A stretch of 64,000 nucleotides of DNA from the IMG/VR virus record IMGVR_UViG_3300013232_000154. One strand, written 5' to 3'. The position numbers were made by a program, and so were the translations under genes. The first letter of the stretch is position 1. Each line of letters begins with the position of its first letter. The DNA comes from an uncultured virus (IMG/VR IMGVR_UViG_3300013232_000154). Lineage: Duplodnaviria > Heunggongvirae > Uroviricota > Caudoviricetes. Positions 31,138 to 40,842 of this stretch are shown here, in pieces. Below the pieces are notes generated by a model. The model saw nothing but the letters and a program-made list of their open reading frames with translations. It was not told the DNA's origin and ran no database searches.

Positions 31138-31569
31138 TTAGTCGATGTACTTGCCACCGCGAATGACTCGACCTCCACCGTCTTCACCTTCGTACCAAGG
31201 AAACGCAAAGTAACCGCAATGCTCTGTCAAGACCGCGATGCTCTTTCTGTCTGGCCCGAAGAACCAGCCAGCATCCAAGAACGAAGCGCTGCTACCATCT
31301 TCAAAGACAATGTACAGTACGCCATCAAAGTACTTGTTGATGTCCTCGTCATTCTTGTTGACGTGGTCCTGAGCCCACTGAGGGAGCGTCTTCAGAAAGT
31401 CCTCTCGGACGTATTTCATGACTTGCTCCTTGGCCCAACTAACTTCCCGATAATCCAGAACGGAAACATCGACAAGACAAAGATCGTTCCAAGAACGACG
31501 GAGAAAATCGCTTCCACGCCATCCATGCTTGTTTCCAAGTATGAGTTCACCCTCTCGCCGAAAGACCAT
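31138..31569 (-). CDS. Hypothetical protein
   Basis: 143-aa ORF; AVLTEHCGYFAF. Confidence 0.6.
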   Translation of the reverse strand: MVFRREGELILGNKHGWRGSDFLRRSWNDLCLVDVSVLDYREVSWAKEQVMKYVREDFLKTLPQWAQDHVNKNDEDINKYFDGVLYIVFEDGSSASFLDAGWFFGPDRKSIAVLTEHCGYFAFPWYEGEDGGGRVIRGGKYID

Positions 31570-31642
31570 GACTTTATGAGCATGGCTTGTTCCTTTGAAA
31601 AGGCGGCAGACGAATCACGTCTGCCGCCCGAGCCAATACGGC

Positions 31643-32728
31643 CTAGCCCTTGGTGATGACCACCATGTCAGGCTTCTTGGTAATCTTGTAGGAGGGCCAA
31701 TCCGCCCCGAGCCTGACCAGCATGGATCGGCTGAGTCGAATGTTGTTGCGCGGATCGACATGGACATGGTCAGAAGGAGAGCTTCCCTTCCCGATGTGAA
31801 TCTTGATCGCAAAGGATGCCCCGCTGACCATGACATGGGCTCCACGCTGGCGGGCATTGAGGTCTCGGCCCATCCACCGAGGAACGAACAAGACGCCGTC
31901 GTTGTTGATTGAACGAGTCACCCCGTCCGCATCGTCCGAATCATCGTCCGACCCGTCATCATCGTCGTCATCGTCGGCGGGAGTCATCGGCTGGGCGGTC
32001 GGCTGGACCTTGGCCGTGATCACGTCTCCAGTGAACTCGTTCGGGTCGACTTCGGGCGGGTAGTAAAGGATCGCGGGTCGCGGGAACCCAGACGGCTGAA
32101 CCTGGGTCTGCTGGTAGTCATCCATCTGCTGCTGGCGATAGATGCCGTGAACGACGTTCCGCAGATCGCGATGGAACACTTGCTGGCCCTTGGCCCGCAA
32201 CTCCTTCGTGACGTTGAACGCCGTGAACGCCTTGCGAGCCGCCACGAGATCCTTGACCGTGTTCTCGACATCGCTGATCTGTTGCTGTGACATTGTCTTC
32301 TTGCCTCCTAAAAGGTTTGCAACCAAAGTGGTTAGCAGCGCCAAGTACTCGGACTCGGTCTTCTTTTGCTGCTCGTCCGTCCTTAGAGCCAGCGCCTCGA
32401 CCGCCCCGCGCATTGCGGAGATCGAATCTTCGAGGAGCAACTCTTCTGCCAGACTAAGGGGAAGCGTCATTCCCCTTTCGTACGGCCCCGAACACTCCAG
32501 CATTTTCAGCTTAACCTTGAAGGTCCTCGTCAGAACTTCCAGCGGAGACCTTTGCTTCACCGCTTCCACAATCTCCAACGCTAAGTCCGCTAGTTCATCT
32601 TGGATCGGAGCGTTTCCGTTTCTCACTACCGTCCCGTATGGCGTTTGATGGATCATTGGCATCTTCCTCAGGGCGATGACGAACGATGACGAGCTTGAGT
32701 TCGAAACATGCCCCTCTCTGAACTTCAT
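31643..32728 (-). CDS. SNSSSSSF-motif protein in frame with a C-terminal AbrB/MraZ-like region (possibly two genes)
   Basis: MKFREGHVSNSSSSSFVI; internal GGAGG and ATG at 32293; SINNDGVLFVP and VDPRNNIRLS repeats. Confidence 0.65.
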   Translation of the reverse strand: MKFREGHVSNSSSSSFVIALRKMPMIHQTPYGTVVRNGNAPIQDELADLALEIVEAVKQRSPLEVLTRTFKVKLKMLECSGPYERGMTLPLSLAEELLLEDSISAMRGAVEALALRTDEQQKKTESEYLALLTTLVANLLGGKKTMSQQQISDVENTVKDLVAARKAFTAFNVTKELRAKGQQVFHRDLRNVVHGIYRQQQMDDYQQTQVQPSGFPRPAILYYPPEVDPNEFTGDVITAKVQPTAQPMTPADDDDDDDGSDDDSDDADGVTRSINNDGVLFVPRWMGRDLNARQRGAHVMVSGASFAIKIHIGKGSSPSDHVHVDPRNNIRLSRSMLVRLGADWPSYKITKKPDMVVITKG

Positions 32729-32913
32729 GACTTGCTCCAAATGGCTAATGCCACGATCCCGATGACGATCACAAAAAGGACGGCCTTGTGCCAGTTGATT
32801 GGCTTTACGTCCGACCTGTCATCAACGACCGTCATGACTTGGTCAGGACAGACATGGGCTTTTGCCAGCTTCTTAATCTTTTGGGCGAAGTCCACTTTGA
32901 TGATGTTTCCCAT
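32725..32913 (-). CDS. Small membrane protein
   Basis: C-terminal hydrophobic AVLFVIVIGIVALAIW; AGGAG RBS. Confidence 0.55.
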   Translation of the reverse strand: MGNIIKVDFAQKIKKLAKAHVCPDQVMTVVDDRSDVKPINWHKAVLFVIVIGIVALAIWSKS

Positions 32914-32947
32914 GACCGTTCTCCTATGCATACATTACCCCGTAAGA

Positions 32948-33796
32948 CTAAGAAGTCAAGGCACGCAACCCCTTCAGAAGCACACTCGGCCAGCGTGTTT
33001 CTTGCGCCTTGTTCACGCGCATAATCTCGTCCTTGGGTCCAATAACCCCGTCAGCCTTCAAGTCTTCTAACCTCGGGCGAGGGGCTTTCATAACCTCTTT
33101 CACGACATGGTCTACGAACGCCTCGATTGGCATCCATAGCTTGGTCCTTGCAAGTTCTTCTTTGTCGCATGGGAAAGAAACCTCGTTGAAGACGCAAGTC
33201 TCTCCGATCACCACCTCGTAAACTGGCAAGTTCCCATGTCCTCTACCGAGCCTTGCCATCCTCTCCAGATGCTTCTTGTACTTGCTTTTACCTTCTGAGG
33301 TATTCAAATACATGCCGAGGCCACAAACGCCTCCGTCCTCAAAAATGATGACGGCATCCAGCTTGCATGTCGTATCAAGGATGAAATCATAAAGAATCCT
33401 GTTTTTCCCATACTTCTGGTTTCCCAGTCGAGTGATCATGGATTGATCCCTCACGAAACTGGGGAACAACCTCCTCGCCCTTGCCGCGAAGCAGCGCTCA
33501 AGCTTGTACTCAGAGAAAGGATCATCTACGGATATCTTGTATTTCGGAAGGACTATAGACATAAGCGGACGGTTTATGTCCATGGCTTCTTTCTTGAACC
33601 GCTTGACGAAGTCCTCAAAGTCGGGGATGTGGAAGTCCTTGTCCGAGTAGGCCATGTCCCAATACATGTTGGCCATGATTGGCAATTTGACGTTGTCTTC
33701 GTCAGTATTGTCCGCTGCGTCTGGATCAAATGAGACCTTTCCCTTGAACATCCTGAGCGATTGAAGCATGCGGCCATAAACCGATTCGTAGTCCAT
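32948..33796 (-). CDS. Hypothetical protein, possibly TaqI-like restriction-endonuclease fold
   Basis: ARARRLFPSFVRD...LD...LDAVI resembles the TaqI-family pattern; GGAGG RBS. Confidence 0.5.
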   Translation of the reverse strand: MDYESVYGRMLQSLRMFKGKVSFDPDAADNTDEDNVKLPIMANMYWDMAYSDKDFHIPDFEDFVKRFKKEAMDINRPLMSIVLPKYKISVDDPFSEYKLERCFAARARRLFPSFVRDQSMITRLGNQKYGKNRILYDFILDTTCKLDAVIIFEDGGVCGLGMYLNTSEGKSKYKKHLERMARLGRGHGNLPVYEVVIGETCVFNEVSFPCDKEELARTKLWMPIEAFVDHVVKEVMKAPRPRLEDLKADGVIGPKDEIMRVNKAQETRWPSVLLKGLRALTS

Positions 33797-33853
33797 TTAT
33801 CAATCCTCCTCACATATTCTATCCTGAGGAGGATCAAATGGAAGGCACTAAAT

Positions 33854-33885
33854 GAAGAAGGCCAGCCGATCGGCTGGCCTTCTTC
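33854..33885. terminator. Palindromic terminator-like hairpin
   Basis: GAAGAAGGCCAGCCGATCGGCTGGCCTTCTTC downstream of the gene ending at 33903. Confidence 0.7.
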
Positions 33886-33902
33886 TAGGGTACAATTTTG
33901 AT

Positions 33903-34718
33903 CTAGAATCCAGCGGTACGAACCATGTTCTTCTTTGCTTCTGCGGCTTGACCCATTGGAGACTGCATGTTAACTTCTGGGGCCGCTGGGGTCGCTGCTG
34001 TTGGGGCTGCTGGATTTGCCACTGGCGCTGGAGTCTTTGTCGCTGCTGGAGCATTGGGAGACATCTTGCTGCTCTTGGCCCAAGCAGTCGCGGCGTTGGC
34101 CAAGGCACCCATGGCCTGAGCGAACTGTCTCAGCGTCACGGCGTCTAGGTTCTGATGCTTTCCTTCAAGCAGATCCCTTACTGCCTCAAAGCTTGCACGG
34201 GCTTGTTGCAAGCTCTGCTGCGCTTGCTGCTGCGTCTGCTGTACGGCCTTGTTCTGAATGCCTTCCGACCAGTTCTGAACGCCTTGAAGAGCTTGACCCG
34301 GAGCCTGAATCGCTTTGCCAGCCAAGTCCTTGACCGTTTGCACGGCTTTACCTGGAGCGTTTTGAAGCCAGTTGGCTCCTCTGCCAAGTTGCTTTGCTCC
34401 CCACTGCGCGGCGTCACCAAGGATTCCAGCAGTCTTGAGGGCTTCATCAATGGCGTCTATGTTGGCCTGGAAGTACTCTGGAGAACCATCCACGCTAAAC
34501 CCTTTGGACGCCAGGTGTTCCATAGCTACCGTAACGTCTTCGGCCACGACTGACTTGCCATTAGCCTCGGCGATCTTCGCCATCGATTCCATGAGTTGCC
34601 CCATGGCCTCGCCGACGTGAAGTTCTGGCTTGATTTGGTCTGCAACTGAAGCGAAGGTCTTTTTGGCTTCGGCCAAGCGAATGATTCTGCCGTACTGGTC
34701 AACACGAGAAAGCTTCAT
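33903..34718 (-). CDS. Hypothetical Ala/Gln-rich protein, probable virion protein
   Basis: AGGAG RBS; KTA/RTA motifs; putative late promoter upstream. Confidence 0.7.
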   Translation of the reverse strand: MKLSRVDQYGRIIRLAEAKKTFASVADQIKPELHVGEAMGQLMESMAKIAEANGKSVVAEDVTVAMEHLASKGFSVDGSPEYFQANIDAIDEALKTAGILGDAAQWGAKQLGRGANWLQNAPGKAVQTVKDLAGKAIQAPGQALQGVQNWSEGIQNKAVQQTQQQAQQSLQQARASFEAVRDLLEGKHQNLDAVTLRQFAQAMGALANAATAWAKSSKMSPNAPAATKTPAPVANPAAPTAATPAAPEVNMQSPMGQAAEAKKNMVRTAGF

Positions 34719-34784
34719 CTTCGGGTCTCCTTGGGTATGGTTCAGCCACCAGCTTTTACTTCTGAACCCAAGGAACCCCATCCT

Positions 34785-35117
34785 TTATGCTGTTTTCATT
34801 CTTTTCCTCTTGGGGAGAACAAGAGTAGCATAATAGCGGCGCTTCATCGTATCTTCGGGGTAGTCCTTGCGGCCTCTGGAAAGCCCCTTGATGGTCATCC
34901 CGTCGGGGTGGGGCAGACACCGTACATTGAACAGCTCAATGAGGTGGGGGCCGATTATGCTCCCCGTCTTGTTGATGTAAAGCGTATCCACCCCTTCTGC
35001 CCGTTTGTCCGTGTTGGTGGCTACCAGAAAGACGCCCTTGTACTCCTCCCTATTATTGCTGCAAACCAGATCCCAGCGCAGCAAAGGTCTTTTGTTGACG
35101 GACAGAGCCATGGGCAT
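34785..35117 (-). CDS. Hypothetical protein downstream of PARP
   Basis: AGGAG RBS, 6 nt after the PARP stop. Confidence 0.6.
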   Translation of the reverse strand: MPMALSVNKRPLLRWDLVCSNNREEYKGVFLVATNTDKRAEGVDTLYINKTGSIIGPHLIELFNVRCLPHPDGMTIKGLSRGRKDYPEDTMKRRYYATLVLPKRKRMKTA

Positions 35118-35123
35118 CTCCTT

Positions 35124-36719
35124 TTAGGCGCTGAACTCGATGAGGTACCGAAGCATGTGTTTCGGCGTCTCGTAGACGATCCATTCGTTGTTCATGAGTG
35201 ACGATCCAGCCTTGCCGAACACCGAGTCGCAGCCATGTGGGGCCGTCGTGTACGCCGCCGCAGCCTGGCAAACATGTGGCCTTCCAAGAATGACGTCCAC
35301 AAGGAACATAAAGGCTTTGCGATTTCCAACTCCACCGCTGCCTCGAGCCCAGTAGGAACTAGCCATACTGCAATAACCAGCGGATTTGCCCCAATCATCC
35401 GCAAAATAGAGGCCAGGCCCGAACATAGCGCCCGTGATCTGTACGCCGACGAGCTGGCGAGGCAGCATCAAGGACTTGCCAAGAATACCGCTGACGTTGA
35501 CGCTACGAGTCCCATGGAACAGCAACTCGGTTCTGCTCGCGGAATACTTGCCAGCCATGTCCTTGGTCAAGTCACCGCGATCACGAGCCCTGAACATCGG
35601 GCGCTCGTTGGTCTGCGGCTTCTTCAGCGCTATCTTCTCCTGCTCGGCGAGGAAGAGCTTCTCCATGGCGGGCTTTCTGACGGCCCACAGGTTATGGATC
35701 TTCATCGCGCTGAGGCCATGCCTGTTCTTCGTAGAGTTGGTCGCGAAATCCGTGACCCATTTCGATTCTGGAGACCGCGTATCCATCCAACTCATTTCAA
35801 CGCCGAGTCCTTCCAGCGGGTTCTTTTGTACCGTGGTCTGCGAGGAGAGATTGGCCACGAGCGCGGCTTCGAATGCGTCCAAGTCAAGCTGCCAACTGTT
35901 GATGTTGTCGGCGCTTAAGATCCATGTGGAAGCCGCAGCGCCAAGGTTCTTCTTCTTGGGAATCTTGGAGTAAAGGACGCTGGTCATCTCCTTGAGGTCT
36001 CGGTCATTCACTTGGGCGTTGACGTCATTTCCAACCTTTCCTACGCGGGTCAACGCATGGCCGAGGATCTTACGGGCATCGTCGATGCAGCCTTGAGTCG
36101 GCAAGCTGTCGTTGGCCATCGCGCCCTTGGTATAGCTGATCGTCGCCACGTTCAGGTCGCGCATCAAGGACATGGTCTGAAAATCGACTTGGACAGTCGG
36201 AGAAGACTTCTTGCCTTTGGTGGTGGCCGAGGCGGCAACCACGACTGGAGCCTTTTTGGCCCCGTCATTGCATTGGATCGTTTTGGCGGATGGAAGACCA
36301 GTGGCGCGGGTGGCCTGGGGGCGAACCAAGTAACAGTCCTTGCCCGCCTTGGCCCGCAACGTCTTCATGCCAGCAACCGTGACCCACTCGCCACGGCCAG
36401 CGTTCTTAGAGCGAAGCTGGCTCTTGTACTCTGAAGCGGCGTCGGCCTCGCTGGAACATTCGACGAACTGGAAGTCGGGGCTTGTCGCCCCCGTCCGTCC
36501 CCACTGGAAGTAGGCGAACCAAGCCTTGGTCTTCGTGGACTGGACGATGGCCCCGTGATAGAACTTGTTGCTGTCTACCCCGTCCTGCTTGAAGCAGCCC
36601 ATGTCGCAGATGCGCGTCCCGTCGAACTGGTCGTCCGCGACAGCAGCGGGACCGAAGCATTCGAAGTCATTCGGGCCGTGTCCTTGGGGGAATTCGCCTT
36701 TGCCGAGCTTGGTACCCAT
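35124..36719 (-). CDS. Poly(ADP-ribose) polymerase-like protein (WGR + helical + catalytic domains)
   Basis: SNKFY...QWGRTG (WGR); LYSKIP; LLFHGTR, MFGPGLYFAD...KSAGY, NNEWIVY (H-Y-E triad). Confidence 0.9.
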   Translation of the reverse strand: MGTKLGKGEFPQGHGPNDFECFGPAAVADDQFDGTRICDMGCFKQDGVDSNKFYHGAIVQSTKTKAWFAYFQWGRTGATSPDFQFVECSSEADAASEYKSQLRSKNAGRGEWVTVAGMKTLRAKAGKDCYLVRPQATRATGLPSAKTIQCNDGAKKAPVVVAASATTKGKKSSPTVQVDFQTMSLMRDLNVATISYTKGAMANDSLPTQGCIDDARKILGHALTRVGKVGNDVNAQVNDRDLKEMTSVLYSKIPKKKNLGAAASTWILSADNINSWQLDLDAFEAALVANLSSQTTVQKNPLEGLGVEMSWMDTRSPESKWVTDFATNSTKNRHGLSAMKIHNLWAVRKPAMEKLFLAEQEKIALKKPQTNERPMFRARDRGDLTKDMAGKYSASRTELLFHGTRSVNVSGILGKSLMLPRQLVGVQITGAMFGPGLYFADDWGKSAGYCSMASSYWARGSGGVGNRKAFMFLVDVILGRPHVCQAAAAYTTAPHGCDSVFGKAGSSLMNNEWIVYETPKHMLRYLIEFSA

Positions 36720-36744
36720 TTATCCGCCTCCTTGTTCTGGGGTA

Positions 36745-36772
36745 ATAATAGCCCATGGTCGCAAGAATGCAA
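36745..36772 (-). promoter_or_regulatory. Sigma70-type promoter for PARP
   Basis: GTGCC-TTGCAT-N16-TATTAT. Confidence 0.6.
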
Positions 36773-36802
36773 GGCACATAAAAAGCAAGGCACGGAATGT
36801 TC

Positions 36803-36830
36803 TTGACGACGTGGTGAAAGCGGCTATCCT
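36803..36830 (+). promoter_or_regulatory. Sigma70-type promoter, divergent from PARP
   Basis: TTGACG-N16-TATCCT. Confidence 0.6.
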
Positions 36831-36849
36831 TTCATGAGGAGGTCGCCTC

Positions 36850-37401
36850 ATGAACCAGCAAATCGTCGATTTCTACGAGGGAAAGCTAAGAGTCGGACGC
36901 GACAAGCTTTCCTTCGATGAGATCATCAAGCTTCCGACAGATAGGCTCGAGAAATGCCACGACTATATCCAGTGGCTCTTCCCGCTCCCAGAGAACTCCG
37001 CGTTCATGAAGAACGCGCCAAAGCTTGACGAGGCCTCCGCCAAGCTGATTGCCAAAGACTACAGCATGCGCGTCGGTGAGGCCGTCAATGCAATGATGAA
37101 GTTCTGGAACATTGAACTCCATCTCAATACAGAGAAGAAGCCGTACGTTCAACCTGGCCAGTACTGGATGGTTCCCGACGACCATAACCACTTCCGCATT
37201 TCCCGAGTCCTTCGCTTCCTCACTCTCCTCAGCAAGTCCAGCGACACAAAGTCTCGGTCCATTCACTTCCAGAATATCGCGACCAGCCTCCTCTATGCCG
37301 TCTTCATTGCCAACGACAAGGAAAAATTTGCCACCCCAAAGACCGTCGAGTTCTGGGAAAAGGCAACCCAACTGGGCTGGGGCGAAGACCCGAGGGGATA
37401 G
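36850..37401 (+). CDS. OGFr (opioid growth factor receptor conserved region) domain protein
   Basis: LEKCHDYIQWLFPL, DHNHFRISRVLRFL. Confidence 0.85.
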   Translation: MNQQIVDFYEGKLRVGRDKLSFDEIIKLPTDRLEKCHDYIQWLFPLPENSAFMKNAPKLDEASAKLIAKDYSMRVGEAVNAMMKFWNIELHLNTEKKPYVQPGQYWMVPDDHNHFRISRVLRFLTLLSKSSDTKSRSIHFQNIATSLLYAVFIANDKEKFATPKTVEFWEKATQLGWGEDPRG

Positions 37402-37402
37402 C

Positions 37403-37915
37403 ATGGGAGAACCAGAACTCCAAAACGCACGTCTGTTCAAGGGTCTAATGTCTGATCCTCATACGAAAAAACAGACCATAAGGATTCTTGACGAGCGATG
37501 TTGTGACGTTGATCCCGAATGCCTTTGTACGGCCCATATCTACTACCACCTCTCCAAGATCATCCCCAAGAATAGGACGATCTTCGATCTTGGTTGCGCT
37601 TACGCCTTCCAGGCATGGTACTTCAGGCATCACAAGGCATACGTCGGCGTAGATCTTCTCTGCTTGATCAAAGACCGCATCTCCTTTGGCAACACAAGGC
37701 ATTACCATTGTTCCATAAGCGAATTCGTCAAAGGTCACTCTCGTGGAGACGGCGAGGAACCACACTTTGCCATTTGCTGCTACGTCCCGCCATGGCATCA
37801 AAACAACGAGGAACTCGTCAGAAAACACTTCGACCATGTCTTCGTCTTCTATCCCAGCGCCAAAGATCACGACGAAATGGACGCGATGTTCAACCTCGCT
37901 TGGGGGAAGCCATGA
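37403..37915 (+). CDS. Putative class I SAM-dependent methyltransferase-like protein
   Basis: IFDLGCAYA, YVGVDL. Confidence 0.55.
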   Translation: MGEPELQNARLFKGLMSDPHTKKQTIRILDERCCDVDPECLCTAHIYYHLSKIIPKNRTIFDLGCAYAFQAWYFRHHKAYVGVDLLCLIKDRISFGNTRHYHCSISEFVKGHSRGDGEEPHFAICCYVPPWHQNNEELVRKHFDHVFVFYPSAKDHDEMDAMFNLAWGKP

Positions 37916-38265
37916 CTTGGGAAGATGAAAATGGATGGAAGAAAACAGACTACCCCAATGTCAAAAAAGGACAATGGTACGTCTATCTCCTCATCTGCTC
38001 GGACAACAGCCTTTACTGTGGCATAACGAACGACTTGAGAAAGAGGATGTCAACCCACGCCCAAGGCAAGGGAGCCAAGTACACTCGTGGACGCCTTCCA
38101 GTCCAATTGATCTACACCGAAAAGGTTAAAAGCAAGAGCGCGGCTCTGAAAAGAGAGTTCCAGATCAAAGCGCTGCCACGACGTCAAAAATGCAACTTGA
38201 TCAAAGAATGGCCAGACATGCTCATCAAGACTAAAGAGAACATGAGGTTCGACGATGCCGAATAA
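37912..38265 (+). CDS. GIY-YIG nuclease (UPF0213 type)
   Basis: WYVYLLICSDNSLYCGITNDLRKR...H..GKGAKYTR...ALKRE.QIK. Confidence 0.9.
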   Translation: MTWEDENGWKKTDYPNVKKGQWYVYLLICSDNSLYCGITNDLRKRMSTHAQGKGAKYTRGRLPVQLIYTEKVKSKSAALKREFQIKALPRRQKCNLIKEWPDMLIKTKENMRFDDAE

Positions 38266-38722
38266 ATGGATCTGTGATATGTGCCTTCCAAACGTCCAGG
38301 AAATCAGCGAGGTCATACCTGGCCTATGGCTTGGCTTCGACAAGGACAGTGGCAAGTACGTCCTCGTCGGAGGACCAGACGGAGGGGACATCCTTCACAG
38401 CTTCAAAGAAAAGCCCGAGCCAGACGTCTACATGAGGTCTGAAAACGAGACCGAGAGGGAATGGGAAAAGAGGTACAATTCCCTTCCGAAAAGCGAGATA
38501 AGCAAAGATCTAAAGTGGATCCGAATGGCCCGAAAAGAGTTTGAGAAGACACTGGATCGAGAGGTCGGCTTGGATCAAGCGGCGGATTGGGCCTCACGTC
38601 TTAAGGAAGGTGGATGGAAGAAGGGGAAAGGGTCAGCGGTTATCTGGCTGTACGACAAGTGCGGAAAGATCCTTCGGAAGTGGCCGAAATCAATCACAAG
38701 AATTCGAGAGGAACGCAAATGA
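38255..38722 (+). CDS. Hypothetical protein
   Basis: 155-aa ORF in chain. Confidence 0.6.
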   Translation: MPNKWICDMCLPNVQEISEVIPGLWLGFDKDSGKYVLVGGPDGGDILHSFKEKPEPDVYMRSENETEREWEKRYNSLPKSEISKDLKWIRMARKEFEKTLDREVGLDQAADWASRLKEGGWKKGKGSAVIWLYDKCGKILRKWPKSITRIREERK

Positions 38723-39006
38723 GCAAGGAAAGCAAGAACCCATGCTTTGAAATAGCTTCGTACCGAACGTTTGGCAAGAATTTATCAATGAAACTCCTTC
38801 AACATGACGGACGTATGGACTTGTCAAAGATGTGTGAACACAAAGGGATCGCCTGGATCTGCTCAACCTGCGGCGACATCACATGGGAAAAGTCCAAGAC
38901 ATGTCGGTACTGTGAGGTCAATGGGTTGACCAAAACAAAGTGGTTCAAGGTCTGGGTCGTCACGTACGCCATGCGCAAGAAACTGCTTAGAAGGAGTAAG
39001 TCATGA
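38719..39006 (+). CDS. Small zinc-finger protein
   Basis: CSTC...CRYC; ATGA overlaps. Confidence 0.55.
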   Translation: MSKESKNPCFEIASYRTFGKNLSMKLLQHDGRMDLSKMCEHKGIAWICSTCGDITWEKSKTCRYCEVNGLTKTKWFKVWVVTYAMRKKLLRRSKS

Positions 39007-39455
39007 AGGTAGCCGAGATCGATCGCAAGACGGGAGAGTCTATCCCACCAGAAAAGTGGAAGCGATACGTCGCCTCGTCATGGCTAACCATCTTTCCTCC
39101 AAACTATCCCAAAGGCCAGAAGGCCATGACGCCAGCCAAGTACATCAAGATAACTTCCAAAAAAGGCAAGAAGAACAAGGACAAGAACGGCCCCGTCAGG
39201 GAGTATGAGTATCGCGGGGCAGATGGGAAGCCCATCCTTCCGTTCTCCATAGTCGTCGTTGACTTCTCGGCAATGACCGAGGACGGACGGAAGTGGGCCG
39301 AGAAAAACTTCCCATGGGACGAAGGAACGCAGTTTCTCTTCCTTTCCGAGGTACGTTTCACGCCTGGCCACTGCGTCGTGGTCGACGGAGATGGGAAGCT
39401 TCACTGGCTTCTCCATACAAACGAGTTCAGGATGCTCACGGAAGACGAGGTCTAA
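39003..39455 (+). CDS. Hypothetical protein
   Basis: 150-aa ORF, AGGAG RBS. Confidence 0.6.
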   Translation: MKVAEIDRKTGESIPPEKWKRYVASSWLTIFPPNYPKGQKAMTPAKYIKITSKKGKKNKDKNGPVREYEYRGADGKPILPFSIVVVDFSAMTEDGRKWAEKNFPWDEGTQFLFLSEVRFTPGHCVVVDGDGKLHWLLHTNEFRMLTEDEV

Positions 39456-39456
39456 C

Positions 39457-39957
39457 ATGCCACTGACACAAGAAGAAATGCTGAAGAAGTACGGGACGCG
39501 CATCGAGAAGGAGGGAAAGAGGTTCAAGAAGTCCGCCATCGTCCAGGCCAGACCAGCCGAAGAAGGCGAAGCCGTGGTCACCATCACCGATGGAAAGGTC
39601 GAGACGAAGAACGTGGCCAAGAAGGGTGACTGGCTCGTCGTCAATCCAACTGGCGAAGAATACCTCATCTCCGACGAGAAGATGAAGAGCCGCTACGAAA
39701 AGCTTGCTCATATGAGTAGTGTCTTCATCAAGAACAAGCTCGTAGATTTCAGCTACTTCAAGGCAACTGGCAAGATCATGGCCATCGTCGCAGATGACAA
39801 AGACGCCACCGAAGATCCCACGTTCATGGCCTCTTGGGGAGAACCGATGATCCTAGAGGCTGGAGACATCCTCGCCATGCCGATCGGATCGAAGCCCGAG
39901 GTCTACAGAATTGAGGGAGAGGTCTTCGACAAGACCTACGAGCACGACGATGCCTAG
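39457..39957 (+). CDS. PGDYG-like domain protein
   Basis: AKKGDWLVVNPTGEEYLI...YE, repeated as AGDILA...YRIE..VFDKTYE. Confidence 0.6.
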   Translation: MPLTQEEMLKKYGTRIEKEGKRFKKSAIVQARPAEEGEAVVTITDGKVETKNVAKKGDWLVVNPTGEEYLISDEKMKSRYEKLAHMSSVFIKNKLVDFSYFKATGKIMAIVADDKDATEDPTFMASWGEPMILEAGDILAMPIGSKPEVYRIEGEVFDKTYEHDDA

Positions 39958-40213
39958 AGAAGTCTCAGACCTGGCAACCAGACGTCCAGCGCTCAATGAA
40001 TGTCCGCGCTGTGGATGCAAGAATACCACGTTCATGCGCGGGGAAGTCCAGAGAAGCAAGCGGTACTTGTGGTTCCTTTGGGAACGACCGTATTGCGCCG
40101 TCATCTGCAATGGATGCAAGGAAGTCGTCGGATGGGAAGATCCCGACGGCAATTTCGAGGGAGAACCACATGACGATGTCGTTCATCGCGTACGAGCGCA
40201 AACTCGAAGATAA
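39950..40213 (+). CDS. Zinc-ribbon protein
   Basis: CPRC...CNGC. Confidence 0.5.
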   Translation: MPREVSDLATRRPALNECPRCGCKNTTFMRGEVQRSKRYLWFLWERPYCAVICNGCKEVVGWEDPDGNFEGEPHDDVVHRVRAQTRR

Positions 40214-40652
40214 CAAGAAGCTCCTCGGGTACTGGTGCAACAATGGAGTGATCATGATCTCCGTTCACAGGGACGGATCACGATTTGCAGACACGGCAGT
40301 CTTCGTCCTTCCGACTGAACTCCGTGACATCGTAGCGGCCATCAAAAAGGAACCTCAAGACGGAGAAGTATTCAAGACGGCAGAGCTGCTCAGGCCAAGT
40401 CTGATCCCGTACATGGCCGTCATTTCCGCTGCCTTGAGCGGAAAAACGGTGACCATAAAAGAAACGCATGCCTCTGAGTCACGACTGCTACCAGGGAGCG
40501 AAAGCTCTGTCTGCGTCGATTGTGACGACCTGGAGCCGATGCTTGAAGCTTGCGTCGGATTCATGAAAGACTACATGTCTACGTGCAAAATCAAACCGCT
40601 AATGGGGGCCACTGCCAACGAGTGGCAGATGGAAGAGTTCAAGGAGAAGTGA
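40170..40652 (+). CDS. Hypothetical protein
   Basis: GGGAG RBS, ORF in chain. Confidence 0.6.
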   Translation: MTMSFIAYERKLEDNKKLLGYWCNNGVIMISVHRDGSRFADTAVFVLPTELRDIVAAIKKEPQDGEVFKTAELLRPSLIPYMAVISAALSGKTVTIKETHASESRLLPGSESSVCVDCDDLEPMLEACVGFMKDYMSTCKIKPLMGATANEWQMEEFKEK

Positions 40653-40653
40653 A

Positions 40654-40842
40654 ATGTCAAAGCAAGCGCTTGACCAGTACGTCTTATTGGCGACCAGGCT
40701 ATGCGACTTGTTTGATAAGGGCTTGGCCGACTCTGATGACGCTGATCGCTTGCGCGAGGAGATGGATCCGTTCTGGGACTCGCTGTCTGAGGAAGAGAAA
40801 GCAGAGGCAAGAAACCAATGCGTCAAACTAAGCAAAACGTGA
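40654..40842 (+). CDS. Small acidic hypothetical protein
   Basis: ORF in chain with AGGAG RBS. Confidence 0.55.
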   Translation: MSKQALDQYVLLATRLCDLFDKGLADSDDADRLREEMDPFWDSLSEEEKAEARNQCVKLSKT

